Under the pieces are notes generated by a model that saw only the letters and a program-made list of their open reading frames with translations, did not search any database and had not been told where the DNA came from. From assembly GCA_951406725.2 (NCBI GenBank), contig OX597825.1, positions 28,024,001-28,088,000 on the forward strand: a stretch of DNA of 64,000 bases, written 5' to 3'. Positions 14,601 through 28,335 of this stretch are shown one piece after another. The first letter of the stretch is position 1. Every line of letters begins with the position of its first letter. This DNA comes from Octopus vulgaris (lineage: Eukaryota). A program made the translations under genes and the position numbers.

Positions 14601-14759
14601 CAAGATGCATGTGTGGCCCCCACGCGAATGAACTTACGGGTATATTCTGAGGACAACGTTTCCGGAAGATGTTTGAGTCTGAGAACAGCGTCATAGAATG
14701 AACACATCTGTAAGAGGTGGCGCCGGATTCTTATCACTGTCTGATAAATGTGGTTCTTA

Positions 14760-14965
14760 CTCTTCTTTTCGTTTACTTCTTTCAGTCATTTGAATCTGGC
14801 CATGTTGGGGCACCACCCTGAAGAATTTCAGTCGAACGCATTTACCCCAGTAGTTATTTTTAAAAGCTGGCACTTATTCTGTCGGTCTGTTTTCCGGAAT
14901 CGCTAAGTGGCTGGGACGTAAACACACCATTTCTGGTTGCCAAGCGGCACTGGGGACGGACACAT
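14760..14965 (-). mobile_element. SINE family 1, degenerate 3' half
   Basis: TTTCAGTCATTTGA..GGCCATGTTGGGGCACCACC..GGGACGTAAACACACC. Confidence 0.65.
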
Positions 14966-15007
14966 ACACACACACGCACATACAGATATGTATGTATGTG
15001 TATATAT

Positions 15008-15799
15008 ATATAAGAGAGTTACCGTTAAGTGGTTAACTCTAGTGCTAGAAATAGCTCCTTATTCTGGTATAGCCACCGAAGTTGTTTCCACAAAAGAAAT
15101 AACATTACCTCCAACGTATGGAAAGCAAAATACAACGAAAAGATAAATTAATGCTGAACAATGGTTTCTTTATCAACATAATATGCAATTATACTCACAT
15201 ATTTATCTATAAATCATCAACAGCATTTGTTTTCGATACAATTTATTAGACCCACACAGGCGATAAATACCCATGCGGTCCAATCGATTGCATACATAGT
15301 TGTGATTTAGCTTCCCCGCCAAAAAGCATGGTAAGACTTAGTGGAAACGAGTACTGCACACAATATTTAGTGCAGTATATTAAATTTATGAATTCATAAA
15401 TGAGGGTGAAAAATTAGATATTAATTTAATAATACCATCAGTTTAACACCAAGTGGCCTAGCACATAAAAAACCAGGGAGAGAATACAAATTTATACGTA
15501 AATATAATAATGTATGCAATCGATTGGACCGCATGGGTATTTATCGCCCGTGTGGGTCTAATAAATTGTATCGAAAACAAATGCTGCTGATGATTTATAG
15601 ATAAATATGTGAGTATAATTGCATATTATGTTGATAAAGAAACAATTGTTCAGCATTAATTTATCTTTTCGTTGTATTTCGCTTTCCATACGTTGAAGGT
15701 AATGTTATTTCTTTTGTGGAAACAACTTCGGTGGCTATACCAGAATAAGGAGCTATTTCTAGCACTAGAGTTAACCACTTAACGGTAACTCTCTTATAT
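15008..15799. mobile_element. Foldback/MITE-like element with ~290-bp near-perfect inverted arms
   Basis: 15008-15297 is the reverse complement of 15510-15799 with about 5 substitutions seen; ~210-bp non-coding spacer; TA-repeat flanks. Confidence 0.85.
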
Positions 15800-15854
15800 T
15801 TACGTATATATACATATATATATATATGTATATATATATATACAAATATAGATA

Positions 15855-15911
<57 letters not shown>

Positions 15912-15962
15912 GTATTTGTATATATACATATATATACATATATATATATACACATATATTTG

Positions 15963-16005
<43 letters not shown>

Positions 16006-16009
16006 ACAT

Positions 16010-16212
16010 GTCGCCATGATAGATCGGTAGCCACTACACACATTTTTTTCACCCCTTGTTTCTCTCCTTGTTTTTTTCTGTTTCCCTTTCTGTAGAAGAG
16101 CGTGGGCTCGAAACGTAAAAGACTTTTTTCTATTCCTGAGCGTTATACTAATACATCTGTTTGTTTTGTATACCACCTGTCTTCGTGTTTTGTTTTCTTG
16201 TGAACTCTCCCT
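16010..16212 (+). mobile_element. Short Penelope-tail-like repeat containing a degenerate hammerhead-like motif (16086-16121)
   Basis: CTTT-CTGTAGA-A-GAGC-gtgg-GCTC-GAAA-CGTA-AAAG; homologous reverse copy at ~32905-33095; embedded in (TA)n. Confidence 0.55.
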
Positions 16213-16259
16213 ATATATACACATATATATATGTATATATGTACCTGCATACATACATA

Positions 16260-16290
<31 letters not shown>

Positions 16291-16510
16291 CGATGGGCTC
16301 TGGTCAGCCCACTGTCGTAGAAGATGACAGCCGACAAAGGTACCATGCAGTGAGACTGAACCAAGAACGACGTAGTTGGGAAGCAAACGTCTTGCCATAT
16401 AGCCATGCCGGCACCTGTGTTTACATTATAACAAATATGATTTCTAATTTCTAGTTTATACCAAGCGATAACTCTTAGCAGTAGTACGACTAAAAATGTT
16501 CATGCTCTGT

Positions 16511-16583
16511 CTCGTCGTCGTCGTAGTCGCCGTCGTCGTCGCCGTCGTCGTCGTCGTCGTCGTAGTAGTAGTAGTAGTAATAC

Positions 16584-16627
<44 letters not shown>

Positions 16628-16628
16628 A

Positions 16629-16670
<42 letters not shown>

Positions 16671-16675
16671 TAGTT

Positions 16676-16728
<53 letters not shown>

Positions 16729-16729
16729 T

Positions 16730-16801
<72 letters not shown>
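16511..16801. repeat. (GTC)n/(GTA)n compound microsatellite
   Basis: Direct reading. Confidence 0.95.
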
Positions 16802-16950
16802 ACGGCGTTGGAGAGGGCGGTGGTGGTAGTATTTTCTTTTCACAATATTTCATTGTAGTTACGTTCTTATAGCCATAGAAATACACGTGTCTATTCTTTA
16901 GATACGAAGATAATAGGAGAAATTTTCGTTAATTTCAACATAGTTAGGTT

Positions 16951-17013
<63 letters not shown>

Positions 17014-17014
17014 T

Positions 17015-17083
<69 letters not shown>

Positions 17084-17112
17084 GTAGGTAGATAGATAGT
17101 TAGAAAGATAGA
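16951..17112. repeat. (GATA)n microsatellite
   Basis: Direct reading. Confidence 0.95.
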
Positions 17113-17849
17113 TATGAACGAATAATAAAAACATTAAACGTCACTTTACTATCCACAAGACTTGGAAAAGAAAAGCCAAAACAAAGCGAGAGTACTTATG
17201 AAGAAGATCAACAGCAATAAAACCTCTTCCAAATCTAGCCCACCCCGGACTTCATGTAAGTTGAGGCCTGGTTGATGCAGACCTAAAACATCAATTAAAC
17301 ATCTTTGAGATGTGTTTTACTGTGTTAGTGTGCCGGAAGTAAAAATAGCACTTAAAGAAAGACCAGGACACACATGCATGCAAACGCACCCATATGCTAA
17401 TAGGCATACGTAGTTACGCTCACAAAGGCTCATACGAGATAACAATGCAAAAATGTCGATAATGAATACGAAGCCCAAAGGCAAGAAATTACAGGATGAC
17501 AAATAATGAGGGAGGGGCTCGGTGGCGGGGATGAAGATGCTGAGGATGAGGACAGTGGTGACTATTTGCTTGGGCTGGCGACGAAGATGTTCATTGCTAC
17601 AATGACGGCACTACATTTAGCAGAGGAGAGAATGACAGTTGTTATGAGGGAATGGGGAACTTACGATGGTTGTGGTGGTGACGGAACTAGTGAGGATTAC
17701 GTGGGTGGGGTGGGGGGATAATGGTGACGATGGTGACGCTGCTGAGTGTTATTTTTGTTATTTTTGGCGGTTATCTGACGTTTTCTGAACTGCTATTCTT
17801 CACCAAGATGACGCAAACAACGACGATATATATGGCTGCTATTGTTGTC

Positions 17850-18180
17850 TGTATGATGACGATGACAAAGATGATGATGATGATGATGATGATGAAGATG
17901 GGGATGATGATGAAGGTGGTGGTGGTGGTGGTGGTGTGATGATGGTGGCGCTGGTGGTGGTGATGATGATGCTGATGATGATGGTGGTGGGGGTGGGGGT
18001 GGTGATGATGATGATGGAGATGATGATGACGATGACGATGACGATGATGATGAAGATGATGATGATGATGATGATGATGATGGTGATGAGGAAGATGATG
18101 GTGATCATGATGATGATCATGATGATGATCATGATGTTGATGATGATGAGGAGGAGGAGGAGGAAATGGATGATGATGAC
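17850..18180. repeat. Imperfect (GAT)n/(GGT)n trinucleotide tract
   Basis: Direct reading. Confidence 0.9.
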
Positions 18181-18404
18181 TAGTGCCATTATCTTGATAC
18201 AACGGTTATGCATCAGTTGGTGAGGTTATTAGAGACAGTGGCAAAGGAGGTGCAGGTGAGTATAAAGTGAGTTACGTTCACAATAAAAGCAGTGAGGATT
18301 TGGATAGAAAGATTAGTTGGAAATTATTGCCTTATCATATTTATCATCTGATATATTAATAGGAATGAGAGAAAGAAAGAAAGAAAGAAGGAAGGAAGGA
18401 ATGA

Positions 18405-18469
<65 letters not shown>

Positions 18470-19499
18470 GCTCAGAGAGACAGAGAATCGTGGGAGATAT
18501 TAAAAAATGCGAAAAAATATATTTGTCACTGCCTTTCCTGTCAACGCAACGGTTTCTTTCTTTTTTTGACTATATGTGTGGGCGATGAGGGGTTGTTGCA
18601 TGTGTTTTCCTATAAGGAATCGAAACTGTTTTGCAAATTGCTTATAATTGACATGCTTACTGATGGGCATGTCTATTGATGAGCATGCATTTGAAATACA
18701 TACATATTGATAAACATGTCTTCGGTTTGAAATGGATTGTAATGGACAGAAATATGGATAGGGACAGATATCGAGAAACTTCGATATTGAAATGCGTGAA
18801 TATTGAAAGAAAGTATATTCACAGAAATGACTATTAATAGACAATTATATTCATAAACATGGTATCGATATTAATTGGGATCGATATTCGGAGACATTGT
18901 TTTGACAGTTATAAGTATCAACGAACATTATGTTGGTAATCTCCGATATTTTTCTATTCGTAAACATTCATGCACGTAGTTATTGATAGACACGACGACA
19001 ACTGATTGGCAAATATTTGATAGATATTGTTATTGATAAACATGGCTATTGATAAGAGAAGGCGATAGGTTGACATGATGATAACATATATGAATATTAA
19101 TAAAAGCAATGGCATATCGCTACATATCATCAATAGATACGGGTGTATCAAATCGTGGACAATTATCGATATGTCTATGGCGGATGTTATCATGCTGATG
19201 TTTTAACTGAAGTGAAATTCCTTTGCTTCAAGTTTTTGTGCAAATTTAAAATATATTACATGTTTTGATCTCTTTAAAGCTTTATCGTATATTTTTCTTA
19301 CAGTTTTTTTTTCTACTTGTTTACCTTTTAAATATTTAAGCCATTAGACGGCGGTCATGCTGAGATATCGTTTGAAGAATATTTTTGTCGGTTTTTAAGC
19401 CGAACTACTAAGTTACGGGGACGTAAACAAACTAAAAACTGTTGTCAAGCGGTGGGTACAAACACAGACAGACAAACACACACACACATATATACATAT

Positions 19500-19717
19500 G
19501 TGTTTCAATCATTTGACTGCGGCCATTATGGAGCACCACTTCTAGTCGAGTAAATCGACACCGGGACTTATTCTTTATAAGCCTAGTACTTATTCTATCG
19601 GTCTCTTTTGCCGAACCGCTACGTTACAGGGACGTAAACACACCAGCATCGGTTCTCAAGTGATGCTGGGGTGACAAACACAGACACAGAAACATATACA
19701 TACACTCAGACACACAT

Positions 19718-19752
<35 letters not shown>

Positions 19753-19902
19753 CGAGAGGCTTCTTTCAGTTTCCGTCAACAAAATCCACTCACAAGGTTT
19801 TGGTGTGCCCGATGCTATAGCAGAAGACACCTGCCCAAGGTGCCATGAAGTGGGACTGAACCCGGGGTCATGTTGTTAGTAAGCAAACTACTTACCACAC
19901 AG
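19500..19902 (-). mobile_element. SINE family 1 near-full copy, next to a second partial copy at ~19330-19490
   Basis: Reverse complement of 3892-4380 including the internal TA/CA tract. Confidence 0.85.
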
Positions 19903-19913
19903 ACATTTCTGCG

Positions 19914-20016
<103 letters not shown>

Positions 20017-20070
20017 GGAGGAAACACATAAATGTGAAACAAGGTGGAAAAAAAGAGTACTCAAATACCA

Positions 20071-20119
<49 letters not shown>

Positions 20120-20574
20120 CTCAATGAATTCAGGGACGATGCAAACTGTAGCCAACGAATTACTAAACAGTCGTTCTTTAGCACAAAATACAGACCCCTT
20201 TTGAACGCATCTACAACAAATGCCATATCCACCACGACCTTAGTATAACACACATGCAAATATTAAAAATGAGACATTCAAAAATGATACCCAAAAATTC
20301 ATTAAAAAACAGTCCTAATTACTGTTATAATCCACGAATCACTTTTAAGTCACTTGACCAGTTACTACTATCGTACTACTATCATACCACTCACGCATTC
20401 TTTTATTATTCTTTCTCTACTTCTCCTTCCCTTTCTTCTTCTTCTTCGTCTTCCACCTTACTTCTTTACTTTACTACTACTGCTGCTTAGAATAACAGCC
20501 ACGCAAATATTAAAAACAATACATTCATAGAGATACCTCAAGAATTCAATGACTACTACCATCCACAGCAAGTC

Positions 20575-20575
<1 letters not shown>

Positions 20576-20605
<30 letters not shown>

Positions 20606-20890
20606 CTTCTTCTTCTTCTTCTTTCTTTTTCTTCTTCTTCTTCTTCTTCTTCTTCTTCTTCTTTTTCTTCTTTTTTTTCTTCTTCTTTTTCTTCTTTTTT
20701 TTCTTCTTTTTTTCTTCTTCTTCTTCTTCTTCTCTTATTAGAATTAGTAACATATTTATACAGTAAGATAATTAAACGCCATTGAAGTGGTTCGTTTTTA
20801 TTTCTTCTTCTTCAGCTTCTTCTTCTTCATCTTCTTCTTCTTCTCCTTCTTCTTCTTCTTCTTCTCCTCCTCCTCCTTCTTCTTCCTCTC
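20576..20890. repeat. (CTT)n tracts interrupted by a ~70-bp non-repetitive motif
   Basis: Direct reading; the motif at 20737-20805 recurs inverted at 41010-41079. Confidence 0.9.
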
Positions 20891-20934
20891 TGCCAAGAAT
20901 TCACAGCGACCTCGAACCCACAAGAGTAAAAAAA

Positions 20935-21365
20935 GGGAGACAGAGATAGAAAGAAACAAGGAAAATGCCCCTTGTATTTGAATACTATGCAAATATTCTT
21001 TTAAAAAAAAAAACCTTTCTTTTAATTTTTTCCAAAATTGAATTGTTTTCCACAATTACAGTTGAAAAAGTCTGAATGACTGAAATCGGTACTGAAATAT
21101 TTTCTATTAAATTATTTTAGCATTTTCTTCATTGACTCATTTTTCCATAAGTGTAAACAAGAGAGACAGAGAAAGGCAGAAACAAGGAAAATGCCACTTA
21201 TATTTGAACACTATACAAATATTCTTTTAAAAAAACTTTTCTTTTAATTTTTCTAAAGTTAATTATTTAATCGTTACAGTTGAAAAGGTATCAAATAACT
21301 GTAACCGGTACAGAAATGTTCTTTATAAAATCATTTTAGCATTTTCTATGTTGACTTGTTTTTTC
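20935..21365 (+). repeat. Diverged tandem duplication, unit ~228 bp
   Basis: GAGACAGAG..GAAACAAGGAAAATGCC..TATTTGAA..AAATATTCTTTTAAAAAAA..TTACAGTTGAAAA..ATTTTAGCATTTTCT occurs at ~20937 and ~21163. Confidence 0.8.
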
Positions 21366-21402
21366 ATATATATATATGTGTGTGTATATTCATATATATA
21401 TA

Positions 21403-21431
<29 letters not shown>

Positions 21432-21433
<2 letters not shown>

Positions 21434-21717
21434 TGTGCTGTAGTTCATCCGGAAGCCTGCTTGCTCCCTCGGTTGTTGTTCGTCGAGACGACGTGACAAC
21501 CTGTTCAGAATTATCTTCGTGAACAGCTTGTACACGTGAGACAGCAGGCATATGGGTCGTAGTTCTTTAGATCTTCTCTGTCGCCCTTCTTATACAGCAG
21601 GATGGTATTTGACTCTTTCCACTGCGAAGGAATTCTTCCCTCGTCTAGATAGTGCGTAAATCGCTCAGCGAGGATTTTCCAGAGATGCTCTCTGCCTGAT
21701 TTTAGCACCTCCGATGT
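21432..21717 (-). mobile_element. RTE-clade LINE reverse-transcriptase N-terminal fragment (inverted part)
   Basis: [42 protein letters not shown]-(frameshift)[36 protein letters not shown] contains typical non-LTR RT domain 0-2 motifs. Confidence 0.9.
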
Positions 21718-21721
21718 TATA

Positions 21722-21958
21722 CACGTCGCCCGGCTCACCGATAATCGGTGGACGCACGCAGTAGTCGAGTGGTACCCGCGTGAGCGGAAAAGACCACCCG
21801 GAAGACCTCCACGACACGGTGGAATGACGATTTCAAGAGGACGATTGGGATCACGTGGATGAGAAAGGCGCGATCCAGAGAGGAGTGGACAGCGTGTTGT
21901 GACCAGCGGTGTCAAATGGACGCCTGACGGACTGGTCGGTCAAAGTGAAGTGAAGTGA
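21722..21958 (+). mobile_element. RTE-clade LINE C-terminus and 3' tail
   Basis: HVARLTDNRWTHAVVEWYPRERKRPPGRPP-(frameshift)-WNDDFKRTIGITWMRKARSREEW..DA*, then an (AAGTG)3 tail. Confidence 0.85.
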
Positions 21959-22702
21959 TATATATGTATATATATATATATATATAGGGTGATAAATAAA
22001 AATATATGCATACATACAAACATATATGTACGTACCTATATCTACATGTATATATACATGCATATATAAATAATTATACGTGAGTACAGGACACCACAAT
22101 AAGACGTAGAAACGGGAAAAACAAAAAAAAAACACAAAACAAGAAAAGGAAAAAACAAAAAACAAGAAAACGAAAAAAACAGTTACAGGACGAGCTACAC
22201 AAGGAAAAAAAACCGTCATCAGCTGTCGCTAGTAGAGTCAAGCATGTTTCGAAGGCAGAGACAGAACACTAATCCACTAGGCCTTCCTGCGAGAGAATTA
22301 AAATAAAATTCCAAGCAGCGGGGCAAAATGAATACGAACACGAACAGGATGTAACAATAAAACTGCAAAAATAAAAATACATGTACAAAAAATACAAATA
22401 ATTACAAAACGAGAAAATAAAAAGAGAATACGATACAGGAAATCAAACACACAAGAGTACGAACGAGAAAGCCTTTTTTTTTGGCATAGACGAAGGATAC
22501 TCTGACAGCGCGTGGAGGCAGTCTTTTCAGTAGTAAGAGCAACGTGTAAAAGAAATTTTATTTTATAGCCTGGCAGTAAGGAAGAAGGAAGGAGGAGGGG
22601 GACACGCGGCTGAGAGAGAGAGGAGGAGTGGGAGGGAGAGAGAATACATATCTAGCTATCTATCAATCTATATATACATACATATACATATCTATCTATC
22701 AA

Positions 22703-22771
<69 letters not shown>

Positions 22772-23084
22772 CAATGGTAACATAAGCGATAACATAGACG
22801 ATAACATAACAAACCGTAAACATAACAAAACGATACACGGACCATTCGCAGCTGGTTTCCTCATCAGTCGGTTCTCGAACGCCGGGGGTGGAGTAATATG
22901 CCTTATTATTAAAGCAGGAAAAATCATTGCAAATATATAAAAAAACTGGTACTCAGAGTTTCACGTTCCCGTTCGTCGGACAACTATCACTGCCCCACGA
23001 ACGGGAAGACGAAACGCTGAGTTGCAATTTTTTCGTGATATTTTTGTGATGATTTTGCAACATTAATAATAAAGTGTATGTATG

Positions 23085-23325
23085 TGTATTTGTGTGTGTG
23101 TTTTTATCTGCGTCTGTGTTTGACCTACTGCCATCACTCGACAACAGATGTTAATGTATTTGCATCCCTGTAACTTAGCTGTTCGGTAAAAAAGAACCAA
23201 TACAATAACTACTAGGATTACAAAGAATTAGTCCTAATGTCGGTTTATTCGCCTAATAACCTTTAGAGGCGGTGTCCCAGCTTGGCCACAGTCAAATGAC
23301 TGAAGCAAGTAAACGAATAGAAGAA
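23085..23325 (+). mobile_element. SINE family 1, degenerate 3' half
   Basis: CCCTGTAACTTAGCTGTTCGG..GGCGGTGTCCCAGCTTGGCCACAGTCAAATGACTGAAGCAAGTAAA. Confidence 0.75.
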
Positions 23326-23387
23326 TATATGTGTGTGTGTATATATATATATATATATACACACAAATATCTGTATCTATATTTCTT

Positions 23388-23462
<75 letters not shown>

Positions 23463-25363
23463 GTGTATGCGTGTGTATGTGTGTGTATGTATGTATTTAC
23501 GTATGTATGTGTCTATGCATGCATATACTGAACATTTATCATTTACTGATTTCGTCATTAACTATACTTTCAACTACATAATTTTTTAGAGCTATTTTCT
23601 TTTTTTATATATAATTTGTATAAAATTTATATAATCTTTTTCCAGATTAGTGTACAAGATAATCAATCCACAAACGCATCTACAGGCTTTATTAATAAGC
23701 ATCGCTCTGAGTAATCTACACACATTTGTATAGTGATTCTGAAGCAGATCAACTTGGCAGCGGGTGTAGCAAATCTTCTTCGAATTACACATAGACTATA
23801 GACCACGAACATCTGAGCAGTTTCCTTTTACGATATTTTTATATTACAATATAGGACATTTGCCCCATTTATATACAATTCAGTCGAACAGAATATATCT
23901 TGGTGCAAATTTCCCTCAATGTCTGTCTAAATATATTGTTATTGCGCGGTCATATATATCGGTATATTGTTGGCGTTACTAATGCACTTTGATCCACGAC
24001 ATACATCTCACATAGTTTACCTGAACTTATGTGGTGTGTAGCAAGAACCCAATTGCTGGACATTACGGTTATTTTCGTTTCAATTACTCATTAAAATATT
24101 CGGTGAAAAGTAACTCGAATTTAGAAGACTTTTAAGTACAATCAATACTACTTATTATTACTCTGCGAAGCAAGGTAGCTTATTGTTGAAACAGTTATCA
24201 TTGAAAGGGAAATAGAATGCATAACCTGTAAAAAAAATGGAAGTGAATTAAATTACCTGCAGAATTTAGTTTAATCTCTTTATGTTCATGTTAATCTCAA
24301 ACATTGTCATTTATTCCCAACCTAACTTTTAACGAACATCAAACTTAAACTCCTTTAATGTACATGATGGGCGAACTTCTGCTGACTCTTTCACCACGAC
24401 ATTCTCTCACTCATTCCTCCTGCATCTTGCAGCTCACCTGCGACGGACCATCGTCCAATACACCAAAGAAACCGCCCTATGAGCAAGGCGTGGCTCAAGA
24501 AGGAACAAATAACAATTTAACTCAGCCTTTTTACGAAAACGTTTTCAAAAGTAATTTATTCTTGTAACGTTTTATATTTCTTCGCAAATATATACTTGAA
24601 CGTTTACTTAGTTATCCTCTCGGCAATACTTCAGCAAATCACGAGTAAATAAAGTTCCACCGAGGAGGTATAAGTAGGCCGAAATGTATATGCAGTTGTC
24701 TCCCGTGCTCCCCGAATAAATCAGAATAATTATAGAGAATAACTACTTTCGTTTGTTTTTCTAATCGCATATGTATTTTGTATGGAAATTTTTTTCACAT
24801 ACTTCATGTTATTATTGTAGCCCGAACTTAACTTTTAATATGAATCACCACTACAAGCTCCCCTTATACACATCTCTTCTAACGCCTTACACAGATAGAC
24901 AATGTTTCAAAGAATAACTATTTTTATTAATTATAACGCGACCTCCAGACTTACGCTTTATAACATCAATGGATCGTCAGTAACACAGACATTGCGCTTT
25001 CATCAAGCTTTTCAATGTGTGTGTGAAAATGTTTTATTTAATATAGTAAGGAGAATTCACGTATGTGAGATGAGGCGTTGTGTGGTCCAAAATATGTTAC
25101 GCTTTCTCATTCGTTAGTTCGTCCTTTGGTCGGCTGATCTTTTCTCTCATTTCTTTATTTTGTTCATTTATTTTTGTCTATTTTCGACAGCCAAAACAAT
25201 GCTGAATATTAATTTCTTTCTAAACAGTGGTATTTCACTTTCAGTCTCCATTCTTTTTATTTATTTCCTTTCATTCACTTTGCAATCATATATTTTCTTC
25301 CTATTTTATTTACCAACTTTTATTTCGTATTTCTTGATCTTTTGTATTTTCCCTTCTTTTCTC

Positions 25364-25394
<31 letters not shown>

Positions 25395-27195
25395 TTCTAT
25401 CTATCTATCTATCTATCTATCTCTCGTTTCATCTCCTTCACTCTCCCTCTCTGTTTATCCTTGTATTTCTTTATCAACCTCTCCTTCCCTCTGTCTAGAA
25501 CTCAGCGGTTATTTCTATCTCAACCACCTCCTCCTCTTCCTCAACCTCTCTTTTTCATTCTTTGTTCACCAAATGAAAAGCAACAAAGGAAAAACAAAAA
25601 CTAACTGAAAATAAAAATAAAAATGAAAAATAAAAATACGAAAAGATCAAAAAATATAGATATCACGAAAAGAATAACGGTAAAGAACACTAGAAACAAT
25701 AAGTAGAACAATAACAAAAACAATGAAAAAAAACAGCAGCAACAATGATAATAACAGCAACAACAACAACAATAACAAAAACAGCTGGAAAGTAAATAAA
25801 GACATGATTATTGAAAAGGTTGTAAGTTTTTGGTGAGAAATTGAAACAAATCGAAGGCAGTCATGCGAGCGAATATAAACGAACAACAAGCTAAGTGGAA
25901 TTGATGGGTGTTGAGCGTTTTGTTAGCCGAATAAAGACCCATTTTCAGAGACGTTCCATAGCTTTAGGGTTATTGAACGTAGGCGAATAAATAGACATCT
26001 GTTAACTTGGCACTCGTCAATGTTTTTAACCGTTCATTTACTCACATCAGCTGACCGACCGTTAATTGCTGGCAAGTTTGTGCATATTTTCTCTCATTTT
26101 TTTTCGGTGTTCTTTTTTTGTTTTGTTTTAATTTGTTTCATTACTTGTTAGTAAAGTCATTCATTCTTGTCTGATATTTTACGTAAACCATTTACCTACA
26201 CAGTAGCTTCCTGTTCGACCCTTCAACGTCCAATCATATTCTGCTAGCCTTTATTTTTCTCTTCTTCTACTTCTTCCTTTTCTTCTTCTCTTTTTTCCCT
26301 TTCTTTCTTTCTCTCTCTCTCCCCCTCTCTCACTCTCTATCTCCCTCTTTGCTGTTAATCTCGTTTTTTCCTTCATTTATATTTTATACCTACCTGTTCC
26401 ATCTTTATCTTTCTGCTCGTTCCTTTTCTATTTCTCTCGTTGCCATACTCTTTCTGAATTGTCAGCCTGTCTGTCTCAATCTTTCTGCCCCTCTTACCTT
26501 CTCTCACCTTCACCCTCACTCTCTTCCTCACTCTTTCTCTCATTCTATCATTTTTTTCTGTATCGCTTGCTGCTTTTCTATTTTATTACTCACAACGAAA
26601 AGTAAAGAGAAAAATAGTTTACAATCAAGAGAAAGTACGGATGGTCAATGTCGACAAAATTCAGATATCAAATTTCCCAACAATCCACAAGTTCATGTTG
26701 TGTTTTACAGACGAAAGAAGATACTAAGAAATCGAACGGGGTAGGTTATTCAATGAGAACGGACGAACATTTTCCTTAGTCACAGAAACGTGATGTACCG
26801 CAAAGTATTTCGCCCGGCGTGCTAACGTTTCTGCCAGTTCACCACCATAGTATGTACATTCTGATAGGAGTTCATATTTTGCTATTACAAATAGATACAA
26901 AGGAATCTTGTAGTGTAAAATGAATGAACAGCATATGGAATTAATACTCGCGCACTATCCATTTGTAATAACAAAATATGAACTCCTATTGGAACTTACA
27001 TACCATGGACAAGAAACCTTTTTTATCCATTCTACACAGCACATTCCTTGGATAATGGAACAGCAACTTGAACATCCAACACATAAATTTATTTTCATTC
27101 TCATATTTTCCTTTATTTTTCCTATATCTTTCCCTTTCCAAAATAACTTCTTATATTGAACTCTACTATTTCCTTCTATTTAACTCTCTCATATC

Positions 27196-27243
27196 GTCTC
27201 TGATGATGGGATCATTTTCAGATGGCTGAAACAGCTGTAAGAC
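27196..27243 (+). ncRNA. Minimal type-I hammerhead-ribozyme-like motif (Penelope-like-element type)
   Basis: GTCT-CTGATGA-[21 nt, weak stem II]-GAAA-C-AGCT-G-TA-AGAC: intact core boxes, stem I GTCT/AGAC, palindromic loop III, GUA cleavage triplet. Confidence 0.65.
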
Positions 27244-27458
27244 TACCTTTCCCTTTATAAATGTCCTAAAAATTTCACATTAACTTGGCTTTGTTGTCTC
27301 AACTTGGTCAACATATACACGCTCACACACGTACATCTGATCAACAATTTTTAATAGAGATGAATTCGTTTCTTTTCTAGAAACCGAAGCTATTCGTATG
27401 GAAAGCAAGCAATACTCTCAGAAATGTGTCCAATACATAGCACTACTTTCTGTATATT

Positions 27459-27512
<54 letters not shown>

Positions 27513-27879
27513 GACACACACATACACGTACATACATACATACATACATACATACATACATACATACATACATACATACATACATACATACATACATACA
27601 TACATACATACATACATGCATGCATACACATAGAAATGCATACATAATACTAGGTTTTTCGAGGAAAGAGGAAACGAAACTAACGCGAATTTTTTATGCG
27701 TAATTTTTAATTGAATAGATGCACACGTTTTGTTTGTGTATCAACAGTTCAACTAACACACGCTCTCGGCCATATATTTACAAAAAAACTGGAACTATCT
27801 TAACTCAAAAAGATTTGTCGCTTTGAGATAGACCGCCTTGAACTCTCTTAAGAAGAACTTGAAAAAGAAGAACCAGATC

Positions 27880-28335
27880 CATACCTATATACCTGATGTA
27901 TGCATGAAAGGTATGTCAAAACCAGAATGTATTGATGTCTTTAAAAGCGAGACATACTAGTTGAACACTCCAATACAAACAGGAATCTGATGCCAACGTG
28001 ACAGAATTGCGGAACAGGAAACAATGGTCATGCACTACTGTGGAGTGTAGCTATCCTGCCGATATGAATGCACATCTAAAATTCCGGGTAAATGAAAACA
28101 TTTATGGTGGGTTAATGTGGAACTTGCGGCTATTATACTCTGGCCATATATTTTCATTTGTACTTACCATTATAGGTCCATTAGGATATGTACCTAAAAA
28201 TATAAATAAAAACCTAGAAATACTGGGTTTTTCGCAGAAAGAACAAAAGAAAATGACGCAGTTTCTCCATACCCAATCTATTGGTGGAGTAGGGAAGATT
28301 CGTGAGACATTCCAAAGATACTCCATTTGAGATTC
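27880..28335 (+). mobile_element. Decayed restriction-like endonuclease (RLE) C-terminus of a non-LTR retrotransposon
   Basis: TVECSYPADMN..NENIYGGLMWNLRLLY..FVLTIIGPLGYVPKNINKNLEILGF resembles the E..P.D.N...K..KY..L....VP+++GALG pattern, also seen at 42716-43200. Confidence 0.6.

Noticed and set aside
13549-14700. Coding or retroelement-derived region (131-aa ORF and neighbours)
   Set aside because: Higher-complexity sequence but no recognisable domain; it would need a BLASTX search.
22200-22262. Possible permuted hammerhead on the minus strand (GAAAC..CTGATGA)
   Set aside because: The required stems could not be paired convincingly.
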